From positions 8,680,001-8,744,000 of the forward strand of contig NC_087436.1 of assembly GCF_036321535.1 (NCBI RefSeq): a stretch of DNA of 64,000 nucleotides. Direction: 5' to 3'. The stretch comes from Camelus dromedarius (Eukaryota). The stretch's first letter is position 1. Each line of letters starts with the position of its first letter. Below are positions 13,140-25,003 of this stretch, one piece after another. The notes below the pieces were generated by a model. That model saw only the letters and a list, made by a program, of their open reading frames with translations. It was not told the DNA's origin and did no database searches. The position numbers were made by a program, and so were the translations under genes.

Positions 13140-13799
13140 GATGTAGCCACTATGGAAAACAGTATGTAGATTCCTTAAAAACTAAAAATACAGTTACCAT
13201 ATGATCCAGCAATCCTACTCCTGGGTATATATTATAGAAAACTCTAATTCAAGGAGACACATGCACCCCAATGTTCATAGAAGCACTATTTACAATAGCC
13301 AAGTCATGGAAGCAACCTAAGCGCCAACAGGTGACTGGATAAAGACAATGTAGTATATTTATACAATGGAATATACTCAGCCATAAAAAGAATGAAATAA
13401 TGTCATTTGCAGCAACATGGATGGACCCAGAGATGATCATACTAAGCGAAATAAGTCAAAGACAAATATCATATAATATCACTTATACATAGAATCTAAA
13501 AAATTAATTCAAATGAACTTATTTATAAACCAGAAATAGACTCATAGTCAGAAAACAAATTTATGGTTACCAAAGGGGGAAGGGAGGTAGGGATAAATTA
13601 GGAGTTTGGGATTAGCACATACACAGTACTATATAAAAAAACAAGGTCCTACCACATAGCACAGGGACCTATATTCAGTACCTTATGATAGCCTATAATG
13701 AAAAAGAATATGCAAAAGAATATATATGTGTATAACCTAATCACTGTGCTGTACACCAGAAAGTAACACAACATTGTAAATCAAATATATGTCAATAAA
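13140..13799 (+). mobile_element. 5'-truncated L1 (ORF2 C-terminus plus 3'UTR) with TSD
   Basis: gccactatggaaaacagtatg, atgcaccccaatgttcatag, gcagcaacatggatggacc; TSD aaaaggaataagga at 13126-13139 and 13800-13813. Confidence 0.93.
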
Positions 13800-15480
13800 A
13801 AAAGGAATAAGGAATAAGCCATAAAAATCACATAAATAAATTGTAAAATCACACTTAAGTATTAACAAAATATAAAAAAGGTAATTTGGAGGACTCATGA
13901 AAACCTTTATACGGAATGTGAAAATATAATTCTATAGTGTCCAGCGCACCAGGGAACGGAATGCCATTGACTGAATCATTGCTACAAATGATGATCTGTT
14001 TTATTGTTAATTTCTAAAATGTTCTTTCCATTTCATCAAGTTTAAAAATGACACAGGTCTCAGATAAGGAAATCAAATTTACTGTTGTATGGTGCAATAA
14101 AACATGCTAAATGACACAAAGATCAGTTACAAGAGTCAGGTCATGACTTGTCATAACTGCCTGAGTTACACTAAGCTGTTGTTTTGCCATTTTTAAGTGT
14201 TGTCCTATATTGAAGTGAGCTCCAGTTTAAGCATAATATAGAAAAAAAAAGTCATAAGTAACGCACACTCAGTGAAGACCTCAAGGAAACACCGTCACCA
14301 ATAGGAGTGAAAGCGCACTCTTGTTGTTTCAAGAGAAAAGGGAAAGGGATTAGAGAAATTCATTAATTTAAATGAAGTGAAATTCATTTTTGGACCATAT
14401 GGATTAACAAGTACACACGCAAATTGCAAAAGGTGCTTAAAACCTCATTAAGCTATCTTGAGAGTGCCCTCATGCTAAATCTTTAAGATCAAATAAGCCT
14501 CATTATCACATTAACCTTCTTTCGACTTTCTTGTTATACAAGTGTCATTATGTTAATTAGTCATTATACAGTTCTTTCAGTGCTGGCCACCTCATGAGTG
14601 TTCTGTAACATGACCAGTACTCGTGTGCACAGAAGTTGTCTATGACATAGCACACCCACCAACCCGTGTAAACTAGTCCGGTTAAACCACGTCATTCCAA
14701 TTTCAATATGCACGCAGGCATACGCAGACTGAAATTTCATGAAGGCAAATAATTGTGTAATGTCAAAAACAAGGCTGAATGCATCCATTTACACACAGAA
14801 GTGCATATGGTATATTGACTGATACCATAAAAGAATTCTGGTTGAATGAATTTAGATGAGAATCAATCGTAGGTGAACAGAGAACAGTAGTATCTGAGAA
14901 TGAGTCATGTAACTGAGAGATTTGTTCCAGTAAACAACAGATTGACTGTACACATCTCTTCGATTCAAGCAGAGGACTGTGTCTCTCCCCAGCCCTTATT
15001 AAGTCCCTAAGTGGGAGGAGAGAAAAACCAAGTGCTTGGTATATTTTGAGAAAGACAGGGTACAGTCTGCCCATCTCTTCTCACATTCCGGGTCTGCTCT
15101 GCTCTCTTGACCCTATGAGACCATCAGTGATTCAGCCCCGTTTCCCTGCTGACGTCTGGAGGAGCATCATTTACTGCTTTCCTAAATGCCCAACATCTGA
15201 GGCTTTAGGAAACCTTGACAAATTCACAAGGAGCGTCTGTGGTTAACAAAAAATCATAGATTTTGAATGCCTCCAGTGAGTAACTTAACTCTGATTGGTA
15301 TATTCTTTGGGGCTGATATTTTTATTTATATACATATAAATAAACAAATTTATGGTTTATATATGGTCTCTCTCTCTATATATATATATACTAGTCAAAA
15401 AGTTGGCTTCTGTATGCTTGTAGCCTTACCAGGTAGCTTTAGGTCTTAAGTTTTATTTTATTTTTTTTGACTTACTTTTT

Positions 15481-15634
15481 AAAATTTTTTATCATTATTA
15501 TTTTTTTGCCAGTAGGGGAAGTAATTAGGTTTGCTCATTTATTTATTTATTTTAAGTGGTGGTACTGGGGATTGAACCCAGGAGTTCGTGCATGCTAAGC
15601 ATGTGCTCTACCACTGAGTTATGCCCTCTCCCTC
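15481..15634 (-). mobile_element. tRNA-derived SINE, Vic-1-like (camelid), with TSD
   Basis: Minus strand GGGAGAGGGCATAACTCAGTGGTAGAGCACATGCTTAGCATGCACGAACTCCTGGGTTCAATCCCCAGTACC; TSD cttacttttt at 15471-15480 and 15635-15644. Confidence 0.9.
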
Positions 15635-15679
15635 CTTACTTTTTTTTCTATGTTTAAGTCTTGGTTTTTAAAGAGGATT

Positions 15680-15838
15680 TTTTTTTTTTTTAAATTTTAA
15701 CACCTTTATGGTGATATGATTCCTACAGAGTAAACGACGCATATTTCAGATGTACAATTTCATGAATTTTGATAGATGTCTACACCTGTGAAACCACCAC
15801 CACAACAGAGATAGCTAACATTTCCATCACTTCCCAAG
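15680..15838 (-). mobile_element. Old L1 3' end fragment
   Basis: T tail, then gatgtacaatttcatgaattttgatagatg...cctgtgaaaccaccaccaca...aacatttccatcac. Confidence 0.75.
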
Positions 15839-16825
15839 AGGTGCTTAAGCTTCAAATATAGGGGCTAATTGGACTTGACCCATTGGATGATTTTCTTCCA
15901 TAAGTGAAAAGCTGTGTTATGCAGGCAGAGCTGTGCCAAACACAGACCTCAGGAGACAGTTCGCCCTGTGTAAGGGCTGTCATGGTTCAATTTTGAATCA
16001 CGCGGGTGCACTTTGGTCTGGAGTTTCAATCACAGTAGAAGCAGAGGTAGGGCCTTTTTACGTATCAGCAAGTGACTTTGCCTGTGTTTCTCAACCAGGT
16101 CTGTAGACAGCATTTTCGTGGGTTTTTTTTTTTCTCGAATGCATAGGAAGCTAATTTCCATTAGTGTTACAAAGAGTTCAGTATAGGTTATCGCTTTAAA
16201 TTGTTAGCAGCAGCCCTAAGTAGGCAGTTCTAAACTGCCCAGATTCCATCAACTACCTTTAGTTAAAAGGAGGGCTCTTGGAGGGCTAAGTTCTGTAAGG
16301 AAGGGCTTGTTCAAAGGCTCCCAGGGGCCGGCTCACTGCTAGGTGGTAACAAGGACCTCGGTTCCTTATTTAGATAAACTCTGGTCATGACTCTGAGATC
16401 GCAGATATTTACAATGTGTCTTCATCCAAAGAAAAATTATATTTTGTTCTTATGTTTATTTGTCAACAAATACAAAGTAAAAAGTATCTTATTTTAGAGA
16501 AATAAATCTTAAGGGACAGACAGGGAAAAAACTCAATGAAAGCATTGGAAACTAAGGCGAAAAACAGCAGTGAAAGCTCCATGTCTTCATTATCTCTAAG
16601 AATGAGGTTTGCTCAGAGTGTCAAGGAGGACCTGAAGTGGTTTCAAATATACACTTTAATGTTTCATCAGGACAGCAGTAATATAAAATGAAAACAAAAC
16701 AAAGGAAAACAAAACAAAGGAAGAAAGTGATTAAATTGGAGAGAGAGGTTTACTTAAGAAAACATCTTAGAGGACAGAGAAGCCACCAGATATGAAAAGA
16801 AAATTAGATCTTAATGTCCATAGAA

Positions 16826-17204
16826 ACACACACACCACACACACCACACACACACCCCACCACATACACATACACATATATACATGCAAACACATATACA
16901 CAAAGACACATGCATGCACACAAACACATACACACAAACATGCACAATAACATATGCACATACACAAACACACATAGCACAGACACACACACATACACAC
17001 AAAACAAACACACAAACACATATACACACAAACATGCACAAACACGTGCACATACACATATAAACACACAAAAATGCACACAAAACACACACAAACACAT
17101 ATACACACAAACATGCACAAACACATATGCACATACATACAAACACACAAATATATACATCACATACAAACACACACACATACATGCACACACACACACA
17201 CACA
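16826..17204. repeat. Degenerate (CA)n-rich cryptic simple repeat
   Basis: About 380 bp of CACA/CATA/CAAA/TGCA variants; a 38-bp block is repeated exactly at 17008-17045 and 17087-17124. Confidence 0.95.
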
Positions 17205-17829
17205 AATGCATACTGTGGAGACATGGCTCTGAGGACTAACTTCTCTTAAAACAAGTATCATTAGAAAAAGAGGAAACACTTCGGTTGTGTATTTAGTAAA
17301 ACCATTGGTGGTCTCAGCAATCTGACAGCAGAGGGGGTTGGAAAAATCTCAGAGACCAGGCTAGCGTGACTCTGCAGAGGGATCCAGCACCAGGAACTAA
17401 CGACATCCATCCTTCCATCTGCTCTGCGCCTTCACTCAGCAAAGATATACTGAGTCATAACGATGCTCAAAGGCACTGCTTTAGGCACGCAAAGGGGGAG
17501 AGAGAGAGAGAGGAACTCTCCTCCAGTGAGGAAAGACCAAAAATGAACTACAAATATATTAGATAAGCATTTACCTTATTTAATTAAATCTGAGATGCTA
17601 TTATCTACATGCCACTAACAAAGAAGAAAATGTTGGCACTTGATAGACACATTGTTTTTATAACCATGCTTTGAAGAATGTGTCCCTATTTCAAAGACGT
17701 TGACCTATGAGGAAAAGAGCAGTATTACCAGCATTTCAGGATGCACACAACTTGTTAGGAAGGGATAATGCTGTCCATAAATACAACTGAGAGGGACCGG
17801 GAGCGTGGGAAGGTGGGGACCAGCGGTAC

Positions 17830-18175
17830 TCCTAAATTGTCTAGTTTGAATAGACTTCGTTGAGAAAGGGACATTGAACCCAGGAGTTGAAAGTGGTTGG
17901 AAGGCAGCCTTGTAGGGGTTTGGTGAAGTCTCTTCGTGCAGAGGGAACAGCCAACGGCAAACTTGCGATGTTTAAGACCAGAACAGCAATGAGCATTAGG
18001 AGCAGCTGGAGTGGAGTTTGCAAGGGGGAGAGGAGCAGGCTAGGAAGAAACTGCGAAATCACAACACAACAGTCTTGATGGGTGTTTAAGAGACCGACTT
18101 TTAATCTGAGTGACACTGGGGGCCAATGTAGGATTTCCAGCAGGGGAAGCATGTGACCTGACCTCATAAATGTGA
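17830..18175 (-). mobile_element. L2 LINE fragment
   Basis: gcagagggaacagcc, gcagctggagtggag, gacttttaatctgagtgacactggg, ggatttccagcaggggaagcatgtgacctgac. Confidence 0.7.
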
Positions 18176-19975
18176 AGTCGGGGATACACCAATATGAGAA
18201 TAACACGTCATAAGTCTCGATCAACTGTTCACACGAATTGTGGGGAAATGTGTCAGAAAGACGGAAGAGCGTATGAAATGATCACAGCACCCCCGGACGT
18301 AAGGTGGCAGTGACTGCAGGAGGTGGCGGAGCTGTCCTCCGAACCCAAGGGCACGTAGCCAGGGAATCTGTGGAGTTAAGGCTCCAAGGGAAGCCACAGC
18401 CAAGATGAAACATACCGAAAGGGGCCTAAGCAAGATCATGATGGACCGAGTCTGGGCAGGGGTTAGATGCTGTTCTAATGGAAGTAAAGCCCTTGGGTGG
18501 GATTACTTAGATCAGAAAGGAGAAGGTGGAAAATATTTGTCTGACTTATGAATGCTTTTGGCAGATCCAAGTGCCATATTTTCCAATCTCTCACTGTGAC
18601 AGATCCCACAGGGCAATACACAGAGAAATACGTGAGAACATAAGTGTTTGGGCTAGGCAGCATAAAGCAGTGAAAAACAGGGCCGACCCTTCCTTCTGGC
18701 ATACTTCCCAACCAAAGGAAGAACAAAAGAGCCAAATTAAGAGGCTAATCCCGCCTAAAAGAAACAATGGAATGACTAAGAGAAAGAGAGAATGAGATAC
18801 AGGGGGAAATGTAGCAGAAATAAATACAGCATAGGGTCTAGAAACTTCCACACTGAGGACATGAAACATGGTGGAGCTCAGGGGAGCTTTAGGTCTGCAC
18901 CAGCCCCTGAAGGCACATTCATCTCAATTTTTGTCTCAGAATCAGACAGGGAATACACACCAACTGAAACACTGTGGGGCTCCGGCGTAATCCCTTATAG
19001 ACCTGGCTTCACAAATGCAAGTAATCCCAGTGTGGCACCTGGTCCACAAAGGCCTGTTCCCAAGGACAAGGTGATTGTCTTAACTGTCTTCTGAGAGAGG
19101 TGGCACCCTGCGGGGTCTGATCTTTCTCCCCGAAAGTTTATGAACACGGAGCTCTTGTGGCACAATCAGGCCAGATGCACGCTCAGTGTATTCCCTCTCC
19201 TTTCTGAGCCCAGAGCTAACTCTTACCTTTTTCAGACTCCTTTACAATACAAAGCACTAAATGCGCGTCCTGGTCAACTGGCCAAAGTGCTGTCTGCTAC
19301 CACAAGACCTGTTCTGTAAAATCTCCCACAAAGTCCTTCACACGTGGTCTCTTGTTGTCTGTGAAACAAACTCAGACAATCCAGTGGAAGACCTTAAGGC
19401 CTTGGGAAGGGATTCTAAAACCGTCCACAGTGGTGGAGATGTTTTTTCCCCTTCAATTTCTGCAGTTACAGAACATAGGACCCCTTTCATAGATGGTATA
19501 ACACTATGGATTTACTATACAAATTTTAAAGCATATTCATCATTTCTATACTTTATCTCATGACAAATAGTTCACAGATCGGAGCAAGGACATTCAGGAG
19601 TGCTGAATTATAGGATATTACGGACTGTAGAGAGAGGATCCTGGATCGATCACTGCATGAAGCAGAGCCCCATTATCAACCCCCAACTGGACTGAAATCA
19701 AGCTGATTTCTCACGTTTCCTGTAGGAAATCATCCTACCTACAGAAAGGAAGGACGGTGCTTAAACTACTGGAATAAACAGAGCAACAGTACAGTCAGCG
19801 GCTTAAATAAGATAGAAGTCCTGATCTGTGTTATAAAGAGGGATGCTGGCTTGAGAGCATGGATGCAATTAAGGTGTTTTCACACAGAGAACCAAATACC
19901 GTGGCTTAAACAAGGTACATGTCCTTGCCAGTGGCCAAATGATGGTTTAGTCACTTCCTCTTATTGCATACTCAA

Positions 19976-20420
19976 CGTATCTGTTTCCTGTTGCCTCTAT
20001 AACACATTACCACAAATTTAAGTGGCTTCACGCAGCACAAATTTCTTCTCTTACACTTCTGAAATCCAAAATCAGTTTTACTAAGCTGCCAGCAGGGTTG
20101 GTTCATTTTGGAGGCTCCAGGGAAAAATGCACATCCTTGCAATTTCTGATGTGAAAATTGTACCTACATTCTCATTCATCAGATCCTTCTAACTTCTTGC
20201 TTCTGTCATCACATGTCCTAATTCTTTCTTTGTCTTTCTTGCCTCTCTTGTCTGAGGACCCTTATAAATTACACGTAGAGACTACCTGGATAATATCCTT
20301 ATCTTCAGAACCTTAACTGAATCACATATGCAAGTCCCCTGTCACATATGAAGTAGCCTTCACCTGTCCCGAGGATTAGGATGTGATTAGCTTCTGTGAA
20401 GTCATTTTCAGTCTACCCCA
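19976..20420 (-). mobile_element. MaLR LTR (MLT1C/D-like), nested in an older MLT1-like LTR spanning ~19770-20735
   Basis: gtttcctgttgcctctataacacattaccacaaatttaagtggctt...ggaggctccaggg...ccttaactgaatcacatatgcaagtccc...aggattaggatgtg; flanks carry gtggcttaaacaag and gctgcaaagggatctgggaaa. Confidence 0.8.
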
Positions 20421-20817
20421 CCCAGGTACCATCTATTTTTGTTCTTCTGCTATCTTCAAAAAATGATTTTCTTCCTCCAAATTAAAAATAGCTTCTCCTG
20501 CTACCATCATTAGACCCATATTCCAAAAAAAAGCAGAAATAGGAAAAAAAAAAAAAGAGGATGGAAGGCACATATCTTTCCTTTTATGGTCATAATTCAG
20601 ACATTAAATGCATTAGTTACCTCACACACCACTGGCCACCACTTTGTCACAGGACAACATCTTGCTGCAAAGGGATCTGGGAAACACAGTTTTTGGTGGG
20701 TGGCCCACTAAAATTGGCCTTCTATTACTAAAGAAAACTACAGGAAGTTATCTGGTAGACAACAAATCATGTTTTCTCCATTTACAGTGACAAAATTAAC
20801 CTATTTCTGTGTGGTTT

Positions 20818-20852
20818 TGCAGTCAAATGCTCTACCCCTGAGCTATGCCCCC
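20818..20852 (-). pseudogene. Tailless retropseudogene of the 5' half of tRNA-Cys(GCA)
   Basis: Minus strand reads GGGGGCATAGCTCAGGGGTAGAGCATTTGACTGCA, the first 35 nt of a vertebrate tRNA-Cys ending at anticodon GCA. Flanked by direct repeats cctattt(c/a)tgtgtggttttg at 20800-20819 and 20851-20870. No T-arm and no poly(A). Confidence 0.88.
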
Positions 20853-21199
20853 TATTTATGTGTGGTTTTGATCAATTAAATCTAAGTTCTTTAACCTTAA
20901 GCAGTTGATTAAAAAAGAATCATATCTTGCCACCGCAAAACCAACTCTTTTTTTTGGTCATTCTCCTTCCTTCATAAACTGCTGAGTACATGGCATGGCT
21001 TTTGGCAGAATTAAATACTGAACTCTGAGAACAAAGAAGTATTACTTGCAATTTCAAAATTTATTTGATATGCCTTCAGGCTGTCAACCTTAACCATCCT
21101 CACTAACTTTCAGAACTTTTACACATGAGGGTCATGAGAAAACTAGACTTTAATTAGTACAACCTCTCAGTTTTAAGAATGGTTCCTATGAGATATGAG

Positions 21200-23250
21200 A
21201 TCATAATGAAAATGAGTAAGAGATAAGGCGTCCTCCACCAGACATAAATAGAATAAATGTGAAGCAACTTTTATCACACATCGGAAGCCAGCAGCAGAGC
21301 ACTCTGATCCCCAAAATAAGAGAAAAAAGAATAAACAATGGGATAAGCTGTCTCATTGCCTCAGCTATCAGCCTAAAGGCATTCAGCTGACACTGATGCA
21401 GGGAGGGGGAACTGAAGGGTCTCAATGAACTAAAGATAAAGATACTAGAAGCCAAGAAAGCTTGGCAGCTGTAATATATAGAAGAGTGCACCAAAAAGGA
21501 GAGAAATATGTAGACAAAGAGCTACAGGAATCTGAAGAGGGGTCTTTGGGAGCTTTGGTTCAATGCATAGAATGAAAGTCTACAAAGTCAGGCAAAATTC
21601 AGTGGCTATAGCAAGACATATACCCAGAGAGCTAAAAGTCTAAAAGTTCCAGGAGTTTACACAGTGATGGGTGACATATGAGTTCACCTAATCAGACTTC
21701 AGACTGGAGGGACCCATCTGAGTAAACAGATTGGAGAGCTCATAGGGACTCCAGAAACAATACTTCTTGGAAGGATGAGGAAACAAACTAATGTAAAGGC
21801 TACTCCAGAAATATTCAAATGAAGTTTGAAAAAAAATCTAAAATATCAAACTGATATACAGGTAAATTAATGTCAAAACAAAACTTCTCAAAAGTGTCCA
21901 GCAAATCTTCCTCAACAATTTTCTTCATCCAATTTTAAAAAATATTTTAACTGATATGAGAATAAAAGAGAAAATTCGACTCATATGTGAGAAAAATATC
22001 AGTCAATAGGGACAAAAATTTTAGAGATGCTGAAATTAGCAAGAAATAATTAAAATATCTGGCATGAATAGGTTGTAAGATTTAAAGAAAAGCACAGACA
22101 CCATGAGGAGAGAAATGTAGGTTATAAAAAAAGGAACTTCTAGAGTTGAAAATATAATATTTGAAATAAACTTTTAAAATACTATGTTTGGGATTAATAG
22201 CAAATTAGACAGGCAGAAGAAAGATTTTTACCTTGAAGTCAGAGCAATAGAATTTATCTATACTGAAGTACAGTAAGAATAAAGATTAAAGAGAAATAAA
22301 AGGAAAAGAGCTTAGGGCCTGTGTGAAAATATTGAGCAATAACACATATCTGTAATTGGATTCCCAATGGAGGAAGAGAGCAGAAATCAATTTGAAAAGA
22401 ATGGCCAATTATTTTTGTTTCCAAATTTGTTGGAAAAAAAACATACAGGAAAATCCAAGTTGAACAATCCTAGCAGGATAAATCTAAGTAGAGAAGATAA
22501 AACTAAGGCATATCATAATCAAATTGCTGAAACCCATTGAAAAAGAGAAAATTACAAAAGCAGCCAGAGAAATGGGGAAAAAAGAGTAGAAACAGAACAG
22601 ACTTCTCATTAGACATCGCACAAGACTAAAGACAATAGGATAACATGTGAAAAGTGTTGAACGAAAACAACAAAAAAAACCATCTGCCCAAAATTCAGTT
22701 TCCAGCAGGAATAATTCTTCAGTGAAGACAAAATTTTAAAATATCTTTAAACAACAAAGGCTGTGAAAATGTATCAGGAGCAGACTTGAACTGCACGGTG
22801 TTAAATGATATTTACTAGACTGAAGGAAAATCCAGAAATTTGGATTTACATGAAATCAGAAAGGGTAAATGCAAAAGTCTTGCTTTCTTGTTTTTTTTTT
22901 TTTAATTCTTTGAAAGATATTTAATTACAGTAAGAATAATGATCGAAGTAAAATGTTTGATGATATTATCACAACAGATGAAAAGGGGTGAGTCAAAGTG
23001 TACTGTATCAAGTTTCTTATTTTATATGTGAAGTGGTAAAGTATCTGAAGATACATAGTAATAAGTTAAAGTTGTATATTAGAAATAAATCAGCTACACC
23101 TAAAATTCATGCCAAGAAGTATAGCCAATAAATGATTAGTGGAGGAAAAATAGAATTCTGAAAACTGTGTAATCCATCAGAAGGCAGAATTCCAGGAAAT
23201 AACAAATAAAGAATATGTGCAGCCATTTGAAAACACATAGCATCACTTAG
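21200..23250 (+). mobile_element. Ancient L1 5' region (5'UTR, ORF1 remnant, inter-ORF)
   Basis: gggattaatagcaaattagacaggcagaagaaag, ctaaggcatatcataatcaaattgctgaaac, aaaagcagccagaga, acagcagacttctca-like motifs; A-rich plus strand. Confidence 0.75.
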
Positions 23251-23767
23251 ACCCAGTGAGAATTAGCCCAGGATGGAGATGCTGAAGTTATCCCAAAACC
23301 ACAAACTTCAAGAAATAATAAGAAATTAGGGAGGATCTTGATTCTTTAGACTTTAATTGTTCTTAAAACTTTCCAACTTTCTTTAGACTTTATGTCACAA
23401 GGACAGAGAATTTAATTTTGGGTATTAATCACTTTGGACTAATTTCTTTGAAACTTTAATCTTTGAAGTATTACTTCTCTCTGGGAATTTAATAATTAGA
23501 TTATATATTAAAATTTGAGTATCTCTATGATCTTGCTATGGCATAATTGGAGTATCTTGATGTCATGATTTAATCTAATTGCAGAAGCTCTGGAGAGCTC
23601 TACTGAACAGTGTAACGGAACATAATTTAGCATGGGAAAGACTAGAATCCTCAAATGAATTAATGTACTATTGTATCATATTTCAAAGCCTTCTAAAAGC
23701 AAACATTCTAGCTCTCAGGGCAGGCCACACAAGGGCAGCAAAAGTCAGTCAGTTAAAAGCTTCCCTA

Positions 23768-24190
23768 AGTATGAGTGTCCCCAAGTGCAGATCTGAGAAA
23801 AGAACTTAGGTTCAAATAGTTTGGGGTGTGATCCCAGGAAGCACAAGTGAAGGAGAAGGAAAAGTAAGATAGAGGGGGAAAAAAAGGACAGCACCAAAAA
23901 GACTCAGTTCCAGTGGGGACCATCTGAGGAATCAGGTAGAATGCATCTGAGCATCTTCCCACTGAGGGGGAAGGGGGCTTCTCAGCCATCACTCGTGTCC
24001 CTCATTGGTTAAGGGCTGTCCCCGGGGGCATTCAGTCCCTGGCACAATCGGGCTACCCTGAGTGCAGTGGATAAAGCTTCTTGTGTCCAATAAAGTCCTA
24101 AGGAGAGTGGAAGAGAGACGAACCCCTGCATGCTCAGCTGTCAGGGGATGTCCTCGGAGGAAGAGGAGGAAGCCCGAGTGGGGTCTGCAG
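23768..24190 (-). mobile_element. Ancient ERVL LTR (LTR33/LTR16-like)
   Basis: tccccaagtgcagatctgagaaaagaacttaggttcaaatagtttggggtgtgatcccaggaagcac resembles the antisense end of that group. Confidence 0.55.
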
Positions 24191-24358
24191 CAAATCAGGA
24201 TTGATCTGACCCATGGCTGATCTCAACCTCCTAAGAAAGAGCCACTTCCTGAGATCACTGTATGCTTCTTTGAAGTCAAAAGTAAGAGTAAGGCTGGAGA
24301 ACATGAAGAAGAACCTATACCCCAACTTCACATATGTCTCCGGAATCAAACAGCTGAG

Positions 24359-25003
24359 TAATTGTTCTCAAACCTTATCCTTAGAGTCATCAGGAGGGTT
24401 CCTTAAACGCAGACCATCCTACCTCATGACCAGAGCCTCTGATTCAGGATGTATGCATCCTGAGAATCTGCATTCAAAACAAGCATAGTGGAGCAGGACC
24501 TTGTGGGATCCTCCAGGGCCAGACCCCTCCCCACGCCCTCTGCTGCGGCTCCTCTCTGAGGTGCCCAGATCATAGCATCTCATGTCTATTTCCTGAGTGT
24601 TTCAGATGCTGAAAACCACCACCAAAGGGAAGAAATGAACTACTTGATGACGGAGAGCATGTGGCCCCCAGACCTTCTGGTGCCTGAGGGTTGATGGTGT
24701 TGACCACCCTGTTTCCTCATCACCAACCAATCAGAGGGTTGTGCACAAGTTGACCATAACCCTGGACCCTCTCCCTCACCTGCCTTTAAATGGGCTTTGC
24801 TGAAACCCTTCCAGGAGTTTAGAGTTTTCTTGGGCATGAGCCACCCCGCCTTCCTGGCTCGGCCCTGCAGTCAACCTTTCTTTGCTCCAAACTCCAACGT
24901 TTCAGTTTGTTTGGCCTCACGGTGTGTTGGGCACAGGAACTTGCCTTTGGTAACACAAGTAGCTCAAGCTGCTGGCCCCAGAACCGCAGGTAGAGAACCA
25001 CTG
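24359..25003. mobile_element. MER5A-like hAT MITE split by an LTR insertion
   Basis: attgttctcaaac...agagcctctgattcag...gagaatctgcattcaaaacaag / ...gctgctggccccagaaccgc...gagaaccactg (terminal inverted repeat). Confidence 0.75.
24484..24955 (+). mobile_element. Solo LTR, ERV1-like
   Basis: Ends GGTAACA; TSD caag at 24480-24483 and 24956-24959; CCAAT (aaccaatcaga) and a TTTAAA box inside; 5' TG eroded. Confidence 0.82.

Noticed and set aside
15481..15634. Functional tRNA-Ala gene (also 4373-4500)
   Set aside because: Extra 5' bases, a tRNA-unrelated 3' part, an A tail and (for this copy) a TSD identify a SINE.
16767..17239. Four long ORFs (127-141 aa) rich in C/V/M or H/T
   Set aside because: Artefacts of the CA/TG simple repeat, which lacks stop codons.
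19222..19345. Possible minus-strand exon ending in AAG|GTAAGA at ~19226
   Set aside because: Good donor, but no convincing acceptor or recognisable reading frame; such motifs occur by chance in 64 kb.
20800..20870. CRISPR-like repeat-spacer-repeat unit (also 11683-11762)
   Set aside because: Only two repeats each, in mammalian DNA with no cas genes; explained as target-site duplications.
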